NCBI RefSeq assembly: GCF_006345805.1
Contig: NW_021833636.1
Span: 1-57,340 of the forward strand
Length of the DNA stretch: 57,340 nucleotides
Origin: Octopus sinensis
Lineage: Eukaryota
Direction of reading: 5' to 3'
The translations under genes were made by a program, and so were the position numbers. Every line of letters begins with the position of its first letter. The first letter of the stretch is position 1. The notes beneath the pieces are model-generated. The model did not search any database, was not told the origin of the DNA, and was given only the letters and a program-made list of their open reading frames with translations. Below are positions 21,760-32,946 of the stretch, piece by piece.

Positions 21760-22114
21760 TCTGTAAATCCGCGAGGTTGTTACTCAGGCACCTAGAATGG
21801 TAACCTTCAACTACACTATCTCCTCCGAGACCCTGCGGCGCAAGTTGACCAAAATTGAGAGTATGGTAGAAGAAGGGTTGCTCTTCCTTCCGTAGAACAT
21901 AACATTCAAATCGGACCATGTTAACACCAAAAATTATTTACATCAAAAAGATTTTTTTTCTATGAAAATCCCTATTTTTTACGATTTTTTCACTGCTGTG
22001 TCGCCACTTTTCGGTGTATTTCGACCAGAAAAATGTTCACAAAATTTTTACTTTTCAAAATTACAATTCCAGCGGGTCGAAACAAACCCGAGCAACGCCG
22101 GGCGATACTGCTAG
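21760..22114 (+). mobile_element. Helitron 3' portion of the same family as 8005 and 11534
   Basis: aaacccgagcaacgccgggcgatactgCTAG|T at 22111-22115; 5' boundary unclear. Confidence 0.7.
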
Positions 22115-22122
22115 TGTGTATA

Positions 22123-22172
<50 letters not shown>

Positions 22173-22175
22173 TAC

Positions 22176-22262
22176 AAAAATCCAGAGTATTGATGATTAA
22201 TATGGTGGCAATATATATATATATATATTATATATATAATATATATATATATATATAATATA

Positions 22263-22319
<57 letters not shown>

Positions 22320-22352
22320 CCACCATATTAATCATCTTTACTCTGGATTTTT
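22176..22352. repeat. Palindrome: 36-bp inverted arms around a ~105-bp (TA)n core
   Basis: 22176-22211 versus the reverse complement of 22317-22352: 34/36 identical. Confidence 0.9.
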
Positions 22353-22917
22353 CATACGAAGCGTTGATATAAGGAATTCTTATATATCAGGTTATTTGTT
22401 TCAAGATTACGTTCAACAACTGGTGCGTAGAATTACATGCTTCTTTCTCTCATTTAGTTTTCTCTGCAGGTCTTATATACCACATGCCTGAATATAATTT
22501 TAAAAAATGATTTTCTCATATCTGTATCCCATATCTGCATCCTTTACTTAGGTTCTTCTTTTCATCCCTCTCCCTATCGCATAGTATTTTGGTTGCTGAT
22601 GGAAACAATATGCCTTGATGTAAACTGATAACCTCTGACGTGAGAAAATAGTGGACGGCTGTTTCGGGGCGGAGAACACTTGGATAAAAGCGAAACATAG
22701 TAAATAGTAAGGGCTTAAAAAGTATTGAAGTAGATAATATCAGCTATTGTGGACACGTTGACAGTAGAAAAGCCTGGGGGGTTGTTAGTGATAGTTTTCA
22801 TATTGTTTCTTCTTTTTATTTTCCCTAGTATACTCATATCTCACTTGCTTCTGTTTTCGAAATTGATATATTTCCTTTCTCGTTTTTATCATTATTACTA
22901 TTATTATTGTTATTATT

Positions 22918-22950
<33 letters not shown>

Positions 22951-23673
22951 ATTATTACTGTATATTCATATCTCATCTGTTTTCGAAGATAAGAAATAGT
23001 ATGAAGATCACGCTATATGCAAGCGAGCAAGAATAGCGGTTTGCTTTTTTTTTTAATTCATTTATGTATATATTTATTTTTTATGCAGACACTAGCAAGA
23101 GGAAACTTTAGTAAATAGTGGCTTTAGTCATCATTGTGATGACTAGTTTCACATATTTTCATGATAGTAAATTCATATAAACAAAATATTATTTGTTGGT
23201 CTTCGAAGACGGGAATACAAATGCAGTGGAGAATAACTAATGATTTATGTAATTCGAGCTGCATCAAAATGACGATTTCTACAGACAATTCTTATTTGTA
23301 TTTCATAGAACTGGCAGTAATTATCTTTTAATGAGAAGCATTATTTCATTCGGTATTGCTTTAATCGGCAACAATTATGTCAGAATGGCTCGTTCAAGTT
23401 TTAAATTATTTTTTGTTCAATTATATAATCCAATGCACTTTATCTCGTGCGCATTATGTTTATCCATGGGGTGCGCAAGTTTCTAGAAAGCTACTGAGTT
23501 ACTTCTCTTTGGGATTTACCTCCTTGAATTAGTAAACTTCACTGGGATCTACACCGTTATACTCTAACAAGATATTGGTCAATATCGTGCAAAAACCTTG
23601 AGTGAGGTACCACGAAAATGGATGGAAACTGGCTACACATAGTTTTAATTAAGACTTCTTAAACTTCTGAAAT

Positions 23674-23885
23674 AGGCGTAGGAGTGGTTGTGTGGTAAGT
23701 AGCTTGCTTACGAACCATATGGTCCCGGGTTCAGTCCCACTGCGTGGCACCTTGGGCAAGTGTCTTCTACTATAGCCTCGGGCCGAGCAAAGCCTTGTGA
23801 GTGGATTTGGTAGACGGAAACTGAAAGAAGCCCATAGTATATATCTTATACATATGTATGTGTATGTATGTGTGTGTGTGTGTGT

Positions 23886-23919
<34 letters not shown>

Positions 23920-23970
23920 TGTGTGTCTGTGTTTGTTCCCCCAACATCGCTTGACAACCGATGCTGGTAT
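23674..23970 (+). mobile_element. Family A SINE, 3'-truncated
   Basis: aggcgtaggagtggttgtgtggtaag...gggttcagtccc...gggcaagtgtcttc...acatcgcttgacaaccgatgctgg. Confidence 0.9.
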
Positions 23971-25261
23971 GTTTATAAAGTTTTTATTAAATTATTTGTG
24001 ATTATCAAAATAAAGACAACCATATTAACACTGCAATATGTCCGCAGATTCTATCACCTGAAATTCTATCATTCCCCATCATCACTATGAACATATAACA
24101 TCTTCGTACGTAACGCACTTGCGTTCTATCTCTATCATAATGAGTAATGCATTAGTAATAATTGTTGTGGCAGTTCAACTATTAATTTTGATAGAAATAT
24201 CCGAAGCTTTTATTCTAATTAGCGAATAATTATGAATTTGTGATGAAGAAAGAGTTTTGAACCCGCGAATTTTGATAGCAATAATTATTTGTTAACGATA
24301 TCCGTGCCTATAATAAAGTTCTTCCGGAATACAAATGACTTGTGTAAAGTGAATGTGTTTCGAAACATCATTTACATGCTTTGGTAATGTCGTTTTAAGT
24401 ACCACTTAAAGTTTGCCACATCAACGAGGGAGTTCCTGTGCAATCATTGACATGATAGATGATACAATCTAACGAACAAGCTTTTTATCAGTCTCTTGAT
24501 TCACTATTAACAGCAGTGAAACCTGTCGCTAATTAGGCCATAAAAATCGGAAAGAGTATGGAGGGTATCATAACCATAGATTCTTCTCTTACAACAGATA
24601 AATAATCCTAGAAAATAATATGAGTAAAAGTGTTCTAATGCTCAATCATCAAAGGCTATACGAAACATTTCATCGAAATCAGTATATACCAGTTTTATAC
24701 CAGTGTTATGATCCTGTAAAAAGGAAAAATAATATGTATTGCTGATATGCTGGAAATATTGAACAACTCTTACTCAAGTCTTACCCATTTAGCTAAAGAG
24801 TGAGTATATTTGAAAATGTAGTTCTTCAACAAGCGGCCGCAAATGAGATGCGTTACACAAAGCGGCGGCATTGATAGGAATCTCTGTACTAAATGTTTTA
24901 GTCAGTCTTCAAAGAAATGTTGCCAGTTCCTGCCAAGTGCCAAAGCTATAGCATCTGATAAACCATTGAATCAATAAGGGTTTATTGAATGAATATAATA
25001 ACAGTGGTGATTACTGCTCAGTCAGCATCGTGAAACAATCAAAAACATGTAGACTATGGGATATGTCTATATATCTTGTTTTCGCTCTTGAGGTCATGCC
25101 AAGACATGTTTTGAGTCCTCGGAGAAGCTTACTTTAAGTACCGTTAATATGCTCTTGAAACCCCTTATTTATAGTCAAAGTTAAATGAACCTAATTCAAT
25201 TGTATATTACCCATTGTGTTTCTATCATTATCATCTGGTCAAGCTTGCTAGGATACATTTG

Positions 25262-26370
25262 ACTCGCTCACTCAATATATCAGCTGAGGGTGATATTCGG
25301 AGAGGCATCCTGTATCCCTGGTGAACTGATCTATATAACTTGTGTTTGGATGACCAACTTGACTGCGGCTTTCATTTGGTTTCCATAGTAGCAGGTCATT
25401 TGGGAGTGCTTGTGTTGTTTGCCAGCGAAGTCCCACAAAGCGCAAAACCATTTCCTTTATGGTGGTAGAAATACACAGGAGATACAAGGTAGTGAACTGG
25501 CAGAAACGTTAGCGGTATTTCGTCTGCCGCTACGTTCTGAGTTCAAATTCCGCCGAGTTCGGCTTTGTCTTTCATCCATTCGGGGTCGATTAAATAACAA
25601 CCAGTTACGCACTTGGGTCGATATAATCGACTTAATCCGTTTGTCTTTCCTTGTTTGTCTCCTCTGTGTGTAACCCCTTGTGGGTAGTAAAGAAATAAGA
25701 AACACAAGAGATCTCTACACAGCTGTTTCTTAGTAGGATGAGTTCTCCAACATATGTTTAAGTCTACTCTTAACATTCAAGTGTAAGTTCCATCTAGCTT
25801 GGATTCGGAATTTTACTATGTTACTCCATATAAAAAGACTGACTCTAGTACCTGGACGGGAAAAAAATCCTCTTAAGGACGTCTGAAAAGGTTCATTTCT
25901 TGACAGTGTCCAGTTAGCGTAGGGTTGACCATGCTTTGACAGTCCGAGATTTGCATCCTTTTCATTTGAATCTGACCCAGAAACGATTTACGTGAAATCA
26001 TCAGCTTGATTGATGGGAACTCCGTTGATGTTGGTGATGGATCCTTGTTGATTGTGAACTATAAATTAGGTTTTACTAGGATTAAAATGTAGCCCAACAT
26101 CACGTCCAATTAATTCTATACTCTGAAGCAATGTTGTGGTGTTTGACATTGGGTCAGAGACCAAGGCTAAATTAACAGCATAGTGTACATCAGTTATTTT
26201 CTGAGATAGATGTCTGATCGATCTTCTTTTCGCTAGTTTGAAACCGACGCTATTTAGATTGTCAAGTGATGTTCTGAAGATATAATCCAGGGAGATCTGA
26301 AAGAGGAAATATAGCCAAGGTGCCCCGCTAGAGTACTACGACTATGATATCAAAGAGGAGTGAATGGCAC
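25262..26370 (-). pseudogene. RTE-clade (RTE-X-like) LINE, RT and C-terminal part, heavily degraded, interrupted by a family B SINE
   Basis: Minus-strand remnants of G.LQGDTLAP.LF, YLGS, LNISWRTHPTKKQL, LRFVG..W...DLLLWKP...GHP.TSYIDQ..RDTG. Confidence 0.8.
25488..25699 (+). mobile_element. SINE family B inside the RTE LINE
   Basis: ggtagtgaactggcagaaacgttagc...gggtagtaaagaaata. Confidence 0.88.
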
Positions 26371-26399
26371 TCACAAGACTGTCACATCAAAATTTCACC

Positions 26400-26975
26400 T
26401 AAGCATTTGAGCTAATAAAACTAAATCAGCCACTAGGCCCGCATAAGAGTTGTGAGTTTTAATCAAAAGAGAAACCCACATTCAATACACCGAAATGAAG
26501 AAAGCTCCTACAACACAGATTTGAAATGTTTTGAAATGTCCCACACTGAAGTTGCAAAAGGGGTCAAACCAAGAACTAGTAAATGTCACCCCTACGAATA
26601 CCAAGAAATAATAAAGAATATAAGACACCGCGAAGAAACGGCTGAAGCTCAAATTATACATTCAAGCATCTCAAATGTATCCAATTTCATAAAGCTACAG
26701 AATAAACTAACAAGCTATATCAAGCGCAACAGCAAAGCTTCATTTCACCATTGGAAGAAGTTCTTACAAACACCTAAAACTGAAAGGCTGTCGGACTGGA
26801 TAACATTCCACTTGATGTCTGGAAAACAGAACTCAACGATATTCTGTCATGTTTCTGCAATCCAGTCTATAATGAAAGCAACATTGACAAATGAACAGAA
26901 GGCTGCATACTCCCAACTCTAAAGAAAGATAATATGGATCTCACAAAGAACTACAGAGGCATCATTCGATGCATA
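26400..26975 (+). pseudogene. Upstream part (linker to RT start) of an RTE LINE, in opposite orientation to 25262-26370
   Basis: Across frameshifts: KAVGLDNIPLDVWKTELNDILSCFCNPVYNESNIDK*TEGCILP..KKDNMDLTKNYRGI (RT N-terminal motifs). Confidence 0.75.
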
Positions 26976-27005
26976 AATTTTTATTCAACAGGATACAAGC
27001 AGAAA

Positions 27006-27238
27006 GGCGGCGAGCTTGCCGAAACGTTAGCACGCCGGGCGAAATGCTTAGCAGTATTTCGTCTGCCGTTACGTTCTAAGTTCAAATTCCGCCGAGGTCG
27101 ACTTTGCCTTTCATCCTTTCGGGGTCGATAAATGAAGTACCAGTTACGCACTGGGATCAATGTAATCGACTTAATACCTATGTCTGTCCTTGTTTGTCCC
27201 CTCTATGTTTAGCCCCTTGTGGGTAATACAGAAATAGT
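27006..27238 (+). mobile_element. Full-length SINE family B with a 13-bp TSD
   Basis: TSD atacaagcagaaa at 26993-27005 and 27239-27251. Confidence 0.92.
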
Positions 27239-28324
27239 ATACAAGCAGAAAATGGGAAAGTTTTGAGGAGGTATAAAAATGGCTTTAGAAAAAATAGTCG
27301 GTATGTTATACCTCAGGAAACAACAGCCGCAACTATGATTCTCAATAACAACTTCAAATCAAGGGTATGGTCCCCATACAGAAATAAAAATAGTTCTACG
27401 TAACTTATAAAATACACGATGGTAGCGCTTGCAATGTATTTAAATGAGTTGATTAGAGGCTAACTACAAACTAAATAACACCAATAATTAATTAACAATC
27501 GAACCCAAGTCTGTATTTCACATCTTCTTTAAAGATGGTAGATTTTATGGAAGTTGGTTAAACAGAAAAGAGGAAAGAATATTTGCTAGCATTGTGTAGA
27601 TAAACGTATTCATAATATATCTGTATTGCTCCCAAAATCCGAGCAGTTATTATAAAATGCTTTTAATAAAATTGCAATTTGCAATTATTGATTGCAATTA
27701 TTTCGATAAATAATTTATCCTTTCAATTCAAATTTCAATTAAGCCTGCTTCAAATTACTGAAAATATTTAAACAAACATTTCTTATGGATATAATTTTCA
27801 TCCTTGTTTAACTAACGTATTCGATGTAATGAAAATTACTTCAAAACCTGTTAAGATTATTCGATACACAATACATAGTCACAGACGTATGTGAGTGCAT
27901 ATGTGTGTATATCTTTCTAAAGTTTTGCTGCTATAGGGCACGTCCACAAGAGACGTATACAGGAACTGCCAGTAGATAAATATGGAGATTATTTGCGAAT
28001 TGTCCATCTTCGTTGCCAGAAGTGTTTACAAATCAAGAACGGTATCATATAGGGCGTAGTGACCCAAACAATTGTATTCTTCGCTCAATAAAAACTGTGA
28101 ACTCACTACGGTGGTACTGTAACTCGTCAGTGAAATATTGTAAAAACATGATCCGAGTCGGGTTAAACATAAGACCGCTCTTCTTCACAGTTTTATTAAT
28201 TTTCTTATATTTTAAATTTTGTGTCATGTTTGCTGGGTCAGAAATGCAATATTTGATAGTTTTTCATTTCTTGCTTACGACTGCCTGTCTACGTAAAATA
28301 TAATAGAAAGTATAACGCATGAGG

Positions 28325-28626
28325 GATTTATTTGCCTTTCCTTGTTGTTTACTACCGAGTGGTCACTGACAGCAAACGGCATGTGAATGATTGGGGTGCT
28401 ACTTAAAGAAAGCAGACGAGCATTGAGCAAAATTCTGGGAGAGAAAGAGGTGGAGAGGGCGACTGCTAGTCTTCAATAAACCACTGATGTCGCAACTCAT
28501 TTGTACAGTTGAGTGAAATAAAGTGTCTTCGTCGAAAACACAAGACACAACCCGGTCGGGGGAATCGATCTCACTAGCTCACGGTTGCGAGCCCGGCGAT
28601 GTAACGACTGAGCCATGCGCCTTGCA
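28325..28626 (-). mobile_element. Older tRNA-derived SINE
   Basis: Minus-strand head gcaaggcgcatggctcagtcgttac...gatcgattcccccgaccggg. Confidence 0.6.
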
Positions 28627-28640
28627 CACACACACATACA

Positions 28641-28672
<32 letters not shown>

Positions 28673-28712
28673 CACATATAAATATGTGTATGTATATATG
28701 TGTGTGTGTATA

Positions 28713-28771
<59 letters not shown>

Positions 28772-28891
28772 ATATATAATATATATATATAAATATATAT
28801 ATATATACGTAGATATATATTTGTATAAATCATAAATATAAATATGATAATATGTATATATGTATATATATAGACATAATATATATATATA

Positions 28892-28928
<37 letters not shown>

Positions 28929-29042
28929 ATATGTATATATGTATAAATAAAATATATGTATTATATATATATTTATGTATATATATATACATATATATAT
29001 ACACATATATATGTATATATATATATATATGTGTGTATGTGT

Positions 29043-29073
<31 letters not shown>

Positions 29074-29075
29074 CA
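28627..29075. repeat. Compound (CA)/(CACG)/(TA)/(TG) array
   Basis: Direct reading. Confidence 0.95.
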
Positions 29076-29734
29076 TTAGACATAGACTCAGGGATTGTGA
29101 TGCAGCAGTTATATGTGGTTTACAGTAATCGAGGAAATACAATGACAAAATAATGAGGCATTAAACTAGTATGAAACCTGTATTAGAGACGATAGATTGT
29201 CTTGTCGCCCGTTTAGGCTTCAATGATAAACGTACAGACAGCTGAAACAGATAGCAAGATATTTAGACAGATACGGCAGCAGGGAGATAGCGAAGCAAAT
29301 ATATAGATATATGTTGATATTATCATACTTTTCGCATATCACGTCAGTTTTTATTTTATTTTATTTTATTGTTTTGCATTGCTATAAAGAGCTTATAGTA
29401 TACATATGTTGTTTTATAAGCTACATCTCGTTATATATGTGTATGAACGTTATATATCTGTATACACACAGACATTGGTAGACAGATATAAAGAGATAAA
29501 CGCATATATTTGAGTGTATATTTATGTATGTGCCTATATATTTGTATAAATACAAGCACACACATACATGGTTGTGTGGTGAAGAAGGTCGCCTTTCAAC
29601 GAAGTGGCTACACGTTTAGTCCAACTGTGTGAGACCTTCTACAATTGACCTGGACAACAAAATGCCCTTTCTAGTGAATTTGCACGCATTCATACACATA
29701 TGCATACCTACACACACTCACACGTGCACTCATT

Positions 29735-29852
29735 TCACGTGATCACGCGAAGAACTAGACCACCAGATGTTGCCACACTTCGTTGGTAACAATGCACTTT
29801 GCATCGTTCTAGCCTTCGAATGACGCCACCCCGCTGGCTAGGCAAGCAGGCT
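29735..29852 (-). mobile_element. SINE tail type ii fragment
   Basis: tcacgtgatcacgcga...tagccttcgaatgacgccaccccgctggcta. Confidence 0.8.
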
Positions 29853-30319
29853 TCTCTCTTTCTCTTTCTGTCTAGCTCTCCATCTGTATATATATAAGTT
29901 AAATAGAGGATATATTATCCTCATAAAATAGTGGTTACATCAAGAAAACACTCGTTCTATGCGAAATATATTTGGGAAAATAAAATTTCTCTAAATCAGT
30001 AGGTATATATTATGCATATAATCCGTATTCGCTTAATAGCAGAAAAGAAAATGGAGGGATCAGAGATAATAATTATTTGTTAATGAAATGATACTTTATA
30101 CTTCCTACAGCTGTTTCAATTGTGATTATTAGATAAATTACAAATAATTTATTGTTTTAGTTTCCATAAGTTTAAGTGCCACTCAGGTTTAGAGGGAAAA
30201 TATTGGAAACTTTTTCAGTTTATGATAATCAAGGTGTAGTTTATGATAATTTAGGCGTAGGATTGGCTGTGTGGTAAGTGACTTGCTTACGAGCCACATG
30301 GTTCCGTGTTCAGCTTCCG

Positions 30320-30815
30320 AGGTAGATGAAAGAGTCAAAAGCCTCAAGTAACTTACCATTTACGAAAATGTTAGGGGTGTTGCAAACAATACCACGTGTA
30401 GGTTGACACATTGTAACTGTCTTTTTCAAGTTGATGGTCAAACCTAAATTACCACAAGCTCAGTCAAATACAGATGCAACAGATTGAAGGCCTGTTTCAA
30501 TGCGACTGGCTAGATTGCAATCGTCAGAGTATAAGAATTCATTAATGAGTGAAGTAAAAATCTTTGGTTTGAATTTCAGTCTGATCAGATTAAAAACATA
30601 ACCTGTTGTACGATATATTATGTGAATATCCTCCTCGGAGTTTTGAAAAGCGTGTGACAACACAACAGAAAATTATATTCCAAAGATAAGGGTGCATCAA
30701 TGTTTCCTTGGTTTACTTAATTTTCCACGCCATAAAATTGAGAGAGCCTACTCCCTAATTTAATTCTAGCCGTCATATCCTCATGCAAAGCCCTGATAAT
30801 GTTTACACCTCTCCC
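30320..30815 (-). pseudogene. RTE (BovB-like) LINE RT fragment
   Basis: IHIIYRTTGYVFNLIRLKFKPKIFTSLINEFLYSDDCNLA..GLTINLKKTVTMCQP..NIFVNGKLLE.FDSFIYLGS. Confidence 0.85.
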
Positions 30816-30871
30816 TGGACAATCTGTTTTTTTTTTAAATATGTACATGTATATATATATATATATATATA

Positions 30872-30990
30872 TTGGCCTGTTCCCTTAGCCAGCGGGGCGG
30901 CGTCATTCGAAGGCTAAAACAATGCGAACGCATTGTGACCAGCGATGTGTAGCAACATATGATGATCTGGTGGGTCACGTGATCACGGGA
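30872..30990 (+). mobile_element. SINE tail type ii fragment, inverted relative to 29735-29852, between TA runs
   Basis: tagccagcggggcggcgtcattcgaaggcta...ggtcacgtgatcacggga. Confidence 0.8.
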
Positions 30991-31029
30991 TATATATATA
31001 ATTTTCCAAACACGCCTGCTAGATAAGTT

Positions 31030-31345
31030 ATATTGGTCTCATTTTGTCTAAATCGTAAGACACCTGCTGTTATCCTTTTATTAACCATTCTTGTTTTTAT
31101 TCTTGTTTTCGTTTTCTTGTATTTATATTCGTCCCTGTTGCGTTTACATTCGTTCCTTTTTCCAAGAAATCTAATGCTCACAGCTTAGTTTTTTCTTGGG
31201 GCTGGCCGCGTTGGAGCAAATATCAGAATTAATCAGCCGAAATTTGCTATGATTATCCGGTTTCTGACTGAAGATTAAAGGCTTCGAATGACCCGTCTGT
31301 TTTCTGTGTTCGTCCTTTTGCGTATTTCACATTCTTGTTTCTTTA
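31030..31345 (+). repeat. Dispersed repeat family G (homologous to 55055-55372), TA-flanked
   Basis: Shared ccaagaaatctaatgct.acagcttagttttttcttggggctggccg.gttggagcaaatatcagaatt..cagccgaaatttgctatga..ctgactgaagatt. Confidence 0.85.
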
Positions 31346-31360
31346 CATATAAATTTTATT

Positions 31361-31403
<43 letters not shown>

Positions 31404-31475
31404 GTGTGTGTGTGCGTGCGTGAGTATGTGTGTGTGTGTATAAAACATACACGTACACACATATAAATAAATGCA

Positions 31476-32053
31476 TACAAGGTCTGATCAATAAGTATCC
31501 GTGTTGTTGCCATAGTAACAAGGATAAAAAACGCTGAGTGAAGCCGCTTGGGAAAGATTGATCTTGAACTCTGTCGTGCATGCCCACTAAGTTTTAAAAT
31601 CCTAGTTTCCGCTGTTTGCAGCGGTGACTGGAAGTAAGATGTATAGTGTGTGCTCGTCGCAATGAACCTGGCAGAGAAAGTTGTCATCACGATAACAGCT
31701 TAGAGGCGTATGCAAAGATGCAGAAAATATATGGAGATGGGTGTATGAGCTGCACACAATAGTACGAGTGTTTCAGATGTTTCCAAGGTGGCCGAAAAAT
31801 TATCGATATTGACAAACTGTCTAGGAGAGCCGTAACCAGCAGAACTGAGAAAAACAGCGCGGGTGTGTGCTCAGATGTGAGGAAAAATCGTCAAATCACC
31901 ATCAGTGATTTATCAGAGTATGTCCAGATTAGTTACAGTTCAGTTCAGTCCATTATCACTGAAGATTTGGATATGAGACGCGTGTCTGCCGAGATTGTGC
32001 CAAAACTGCTTTCAGCTGACCAAAAAGACACACGGGTCTCAGTTACACAAGGG
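31476..32053 (+). mobile_element. mariner transposon, 5' half (TIR plus degraded transposase N-terminus)
   Basis: TA|caaggtctgatcaataagtatccg; EAYAKMQKIYGD..VRKNRQITISDLSEYVQISYSSVQSIITEDLDMRRVSAEIVPKLLSADQK (WVP-like motif). Confidence 0.88.
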
Positions 32054-32062
32054 TTCTTTGAT

Positions 32063-32265
32063 TACTCTTTCTCTTTTACTGTTTTACTTGTTTCAGTCAT
32101 TTTACTGCGGCCATGCTAGAGCACCGCCTTTAGTCGAACAAATCGACCCCAGGACTTATTCTTTGGAAGCCTAGTACTTATTTTATCGGTCTCTTTTGCT
32201 TACGGGGACGTAAGCACACCACCATCGTTTGTCAAGGGATGTTGGGGGGAAAAACACAGACACAC

Positions 32266-32320
<55 letters not shown>

Positions 32321-32447
32321 TATATATATATACGACAGGACTCTTTCATTTTCCGTCCGCCAAATCCACGCATAACTCTTTGGTCGGCCCGGGGCTATAG
32401 TAGAAGACACTTGCCCAAGGTTTCACGCAGTGGGCATGAACCCACTG
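32063..32447 (-). mobile_element. Family A SINE truncating both mariner halves
   Basis: Standard family A modules. Confidence 0.88.
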
Positions 32448-32449
32448 AT

Positions 32450-32946
32450 TGTGTAAAGAACGAAGAAAATTTTTGAAAAATTTGTGTGGGTCTCAGAGCA
32501 GGTATCGCTAAGCTTTTGGCAAAATTTGATGCAGATTCTATGCTCAGCTTTCTTTTCATGGTCAATGCAATGATAACATGCTGTGCACCTTCCATATAAG
32601 CACTGCCGTAAACAGCAGAAGTGAGCTAGAACGTGAAAACATAGTGCACATGCACAGCAGAGTTCAAGGCCAATCTGTGCTAAGCGGAAAAAATATGATA
32701 GCCACAAAGTTATTTATCCATTACCACATAAGTAAATATGGTTTGTATATAAAATCATATTTATGATTTATGATGGTATTATGAGCCATCATTATTACTG
32801 CCGTTGTTTTAGCTGCAGGTCATACTAGATTAAGCGTCCATATCCATCCCAGGTGATTTTCAGGTAATGTATATTGTTTGATAAGCAGAGTGCTTTAGCT
32901 TTGTTACCATAGCAAATATCCGGATACTTATTGATCAAATCACGTA
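32450..32946 (-). mobile_element. Second mariner 5' end, carrying a ~198-bp foreign insertion (32688-32885)
   Basis: Minus-strand TA|cgtgatttgatcaataagtatccgg; 5' UTR aligns with 31500-31640 on both sides of the insertion; AEHRICIKFCQKLSDTCSETH. Confidence 0.8.

Noticed and set aside
22650-22700. GAAACAGCCGTC (minus) and GAAACATAGTA (plus) resembling hammerhead stem III; also ccgaaacga near 55015
   Set aside because: No CUGANGA core or stem II at the required spacing.
24690-24870. Faint resemblance of the spliced peptide (CG...KW...AFD) to a matrix metalloproteinase pro/catalytic junction
   Set aside because: No PRCGxPD switch, a stop follows immediately and no HExxH exon was found.
28013-28303. 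Unique-sequence ORFs of 60-100 aa (also 50189-50437 and 39410-39601)
   Set aside because: No recognisable motifs, and lengths are compatible with chance; kept only as possible exon territory.
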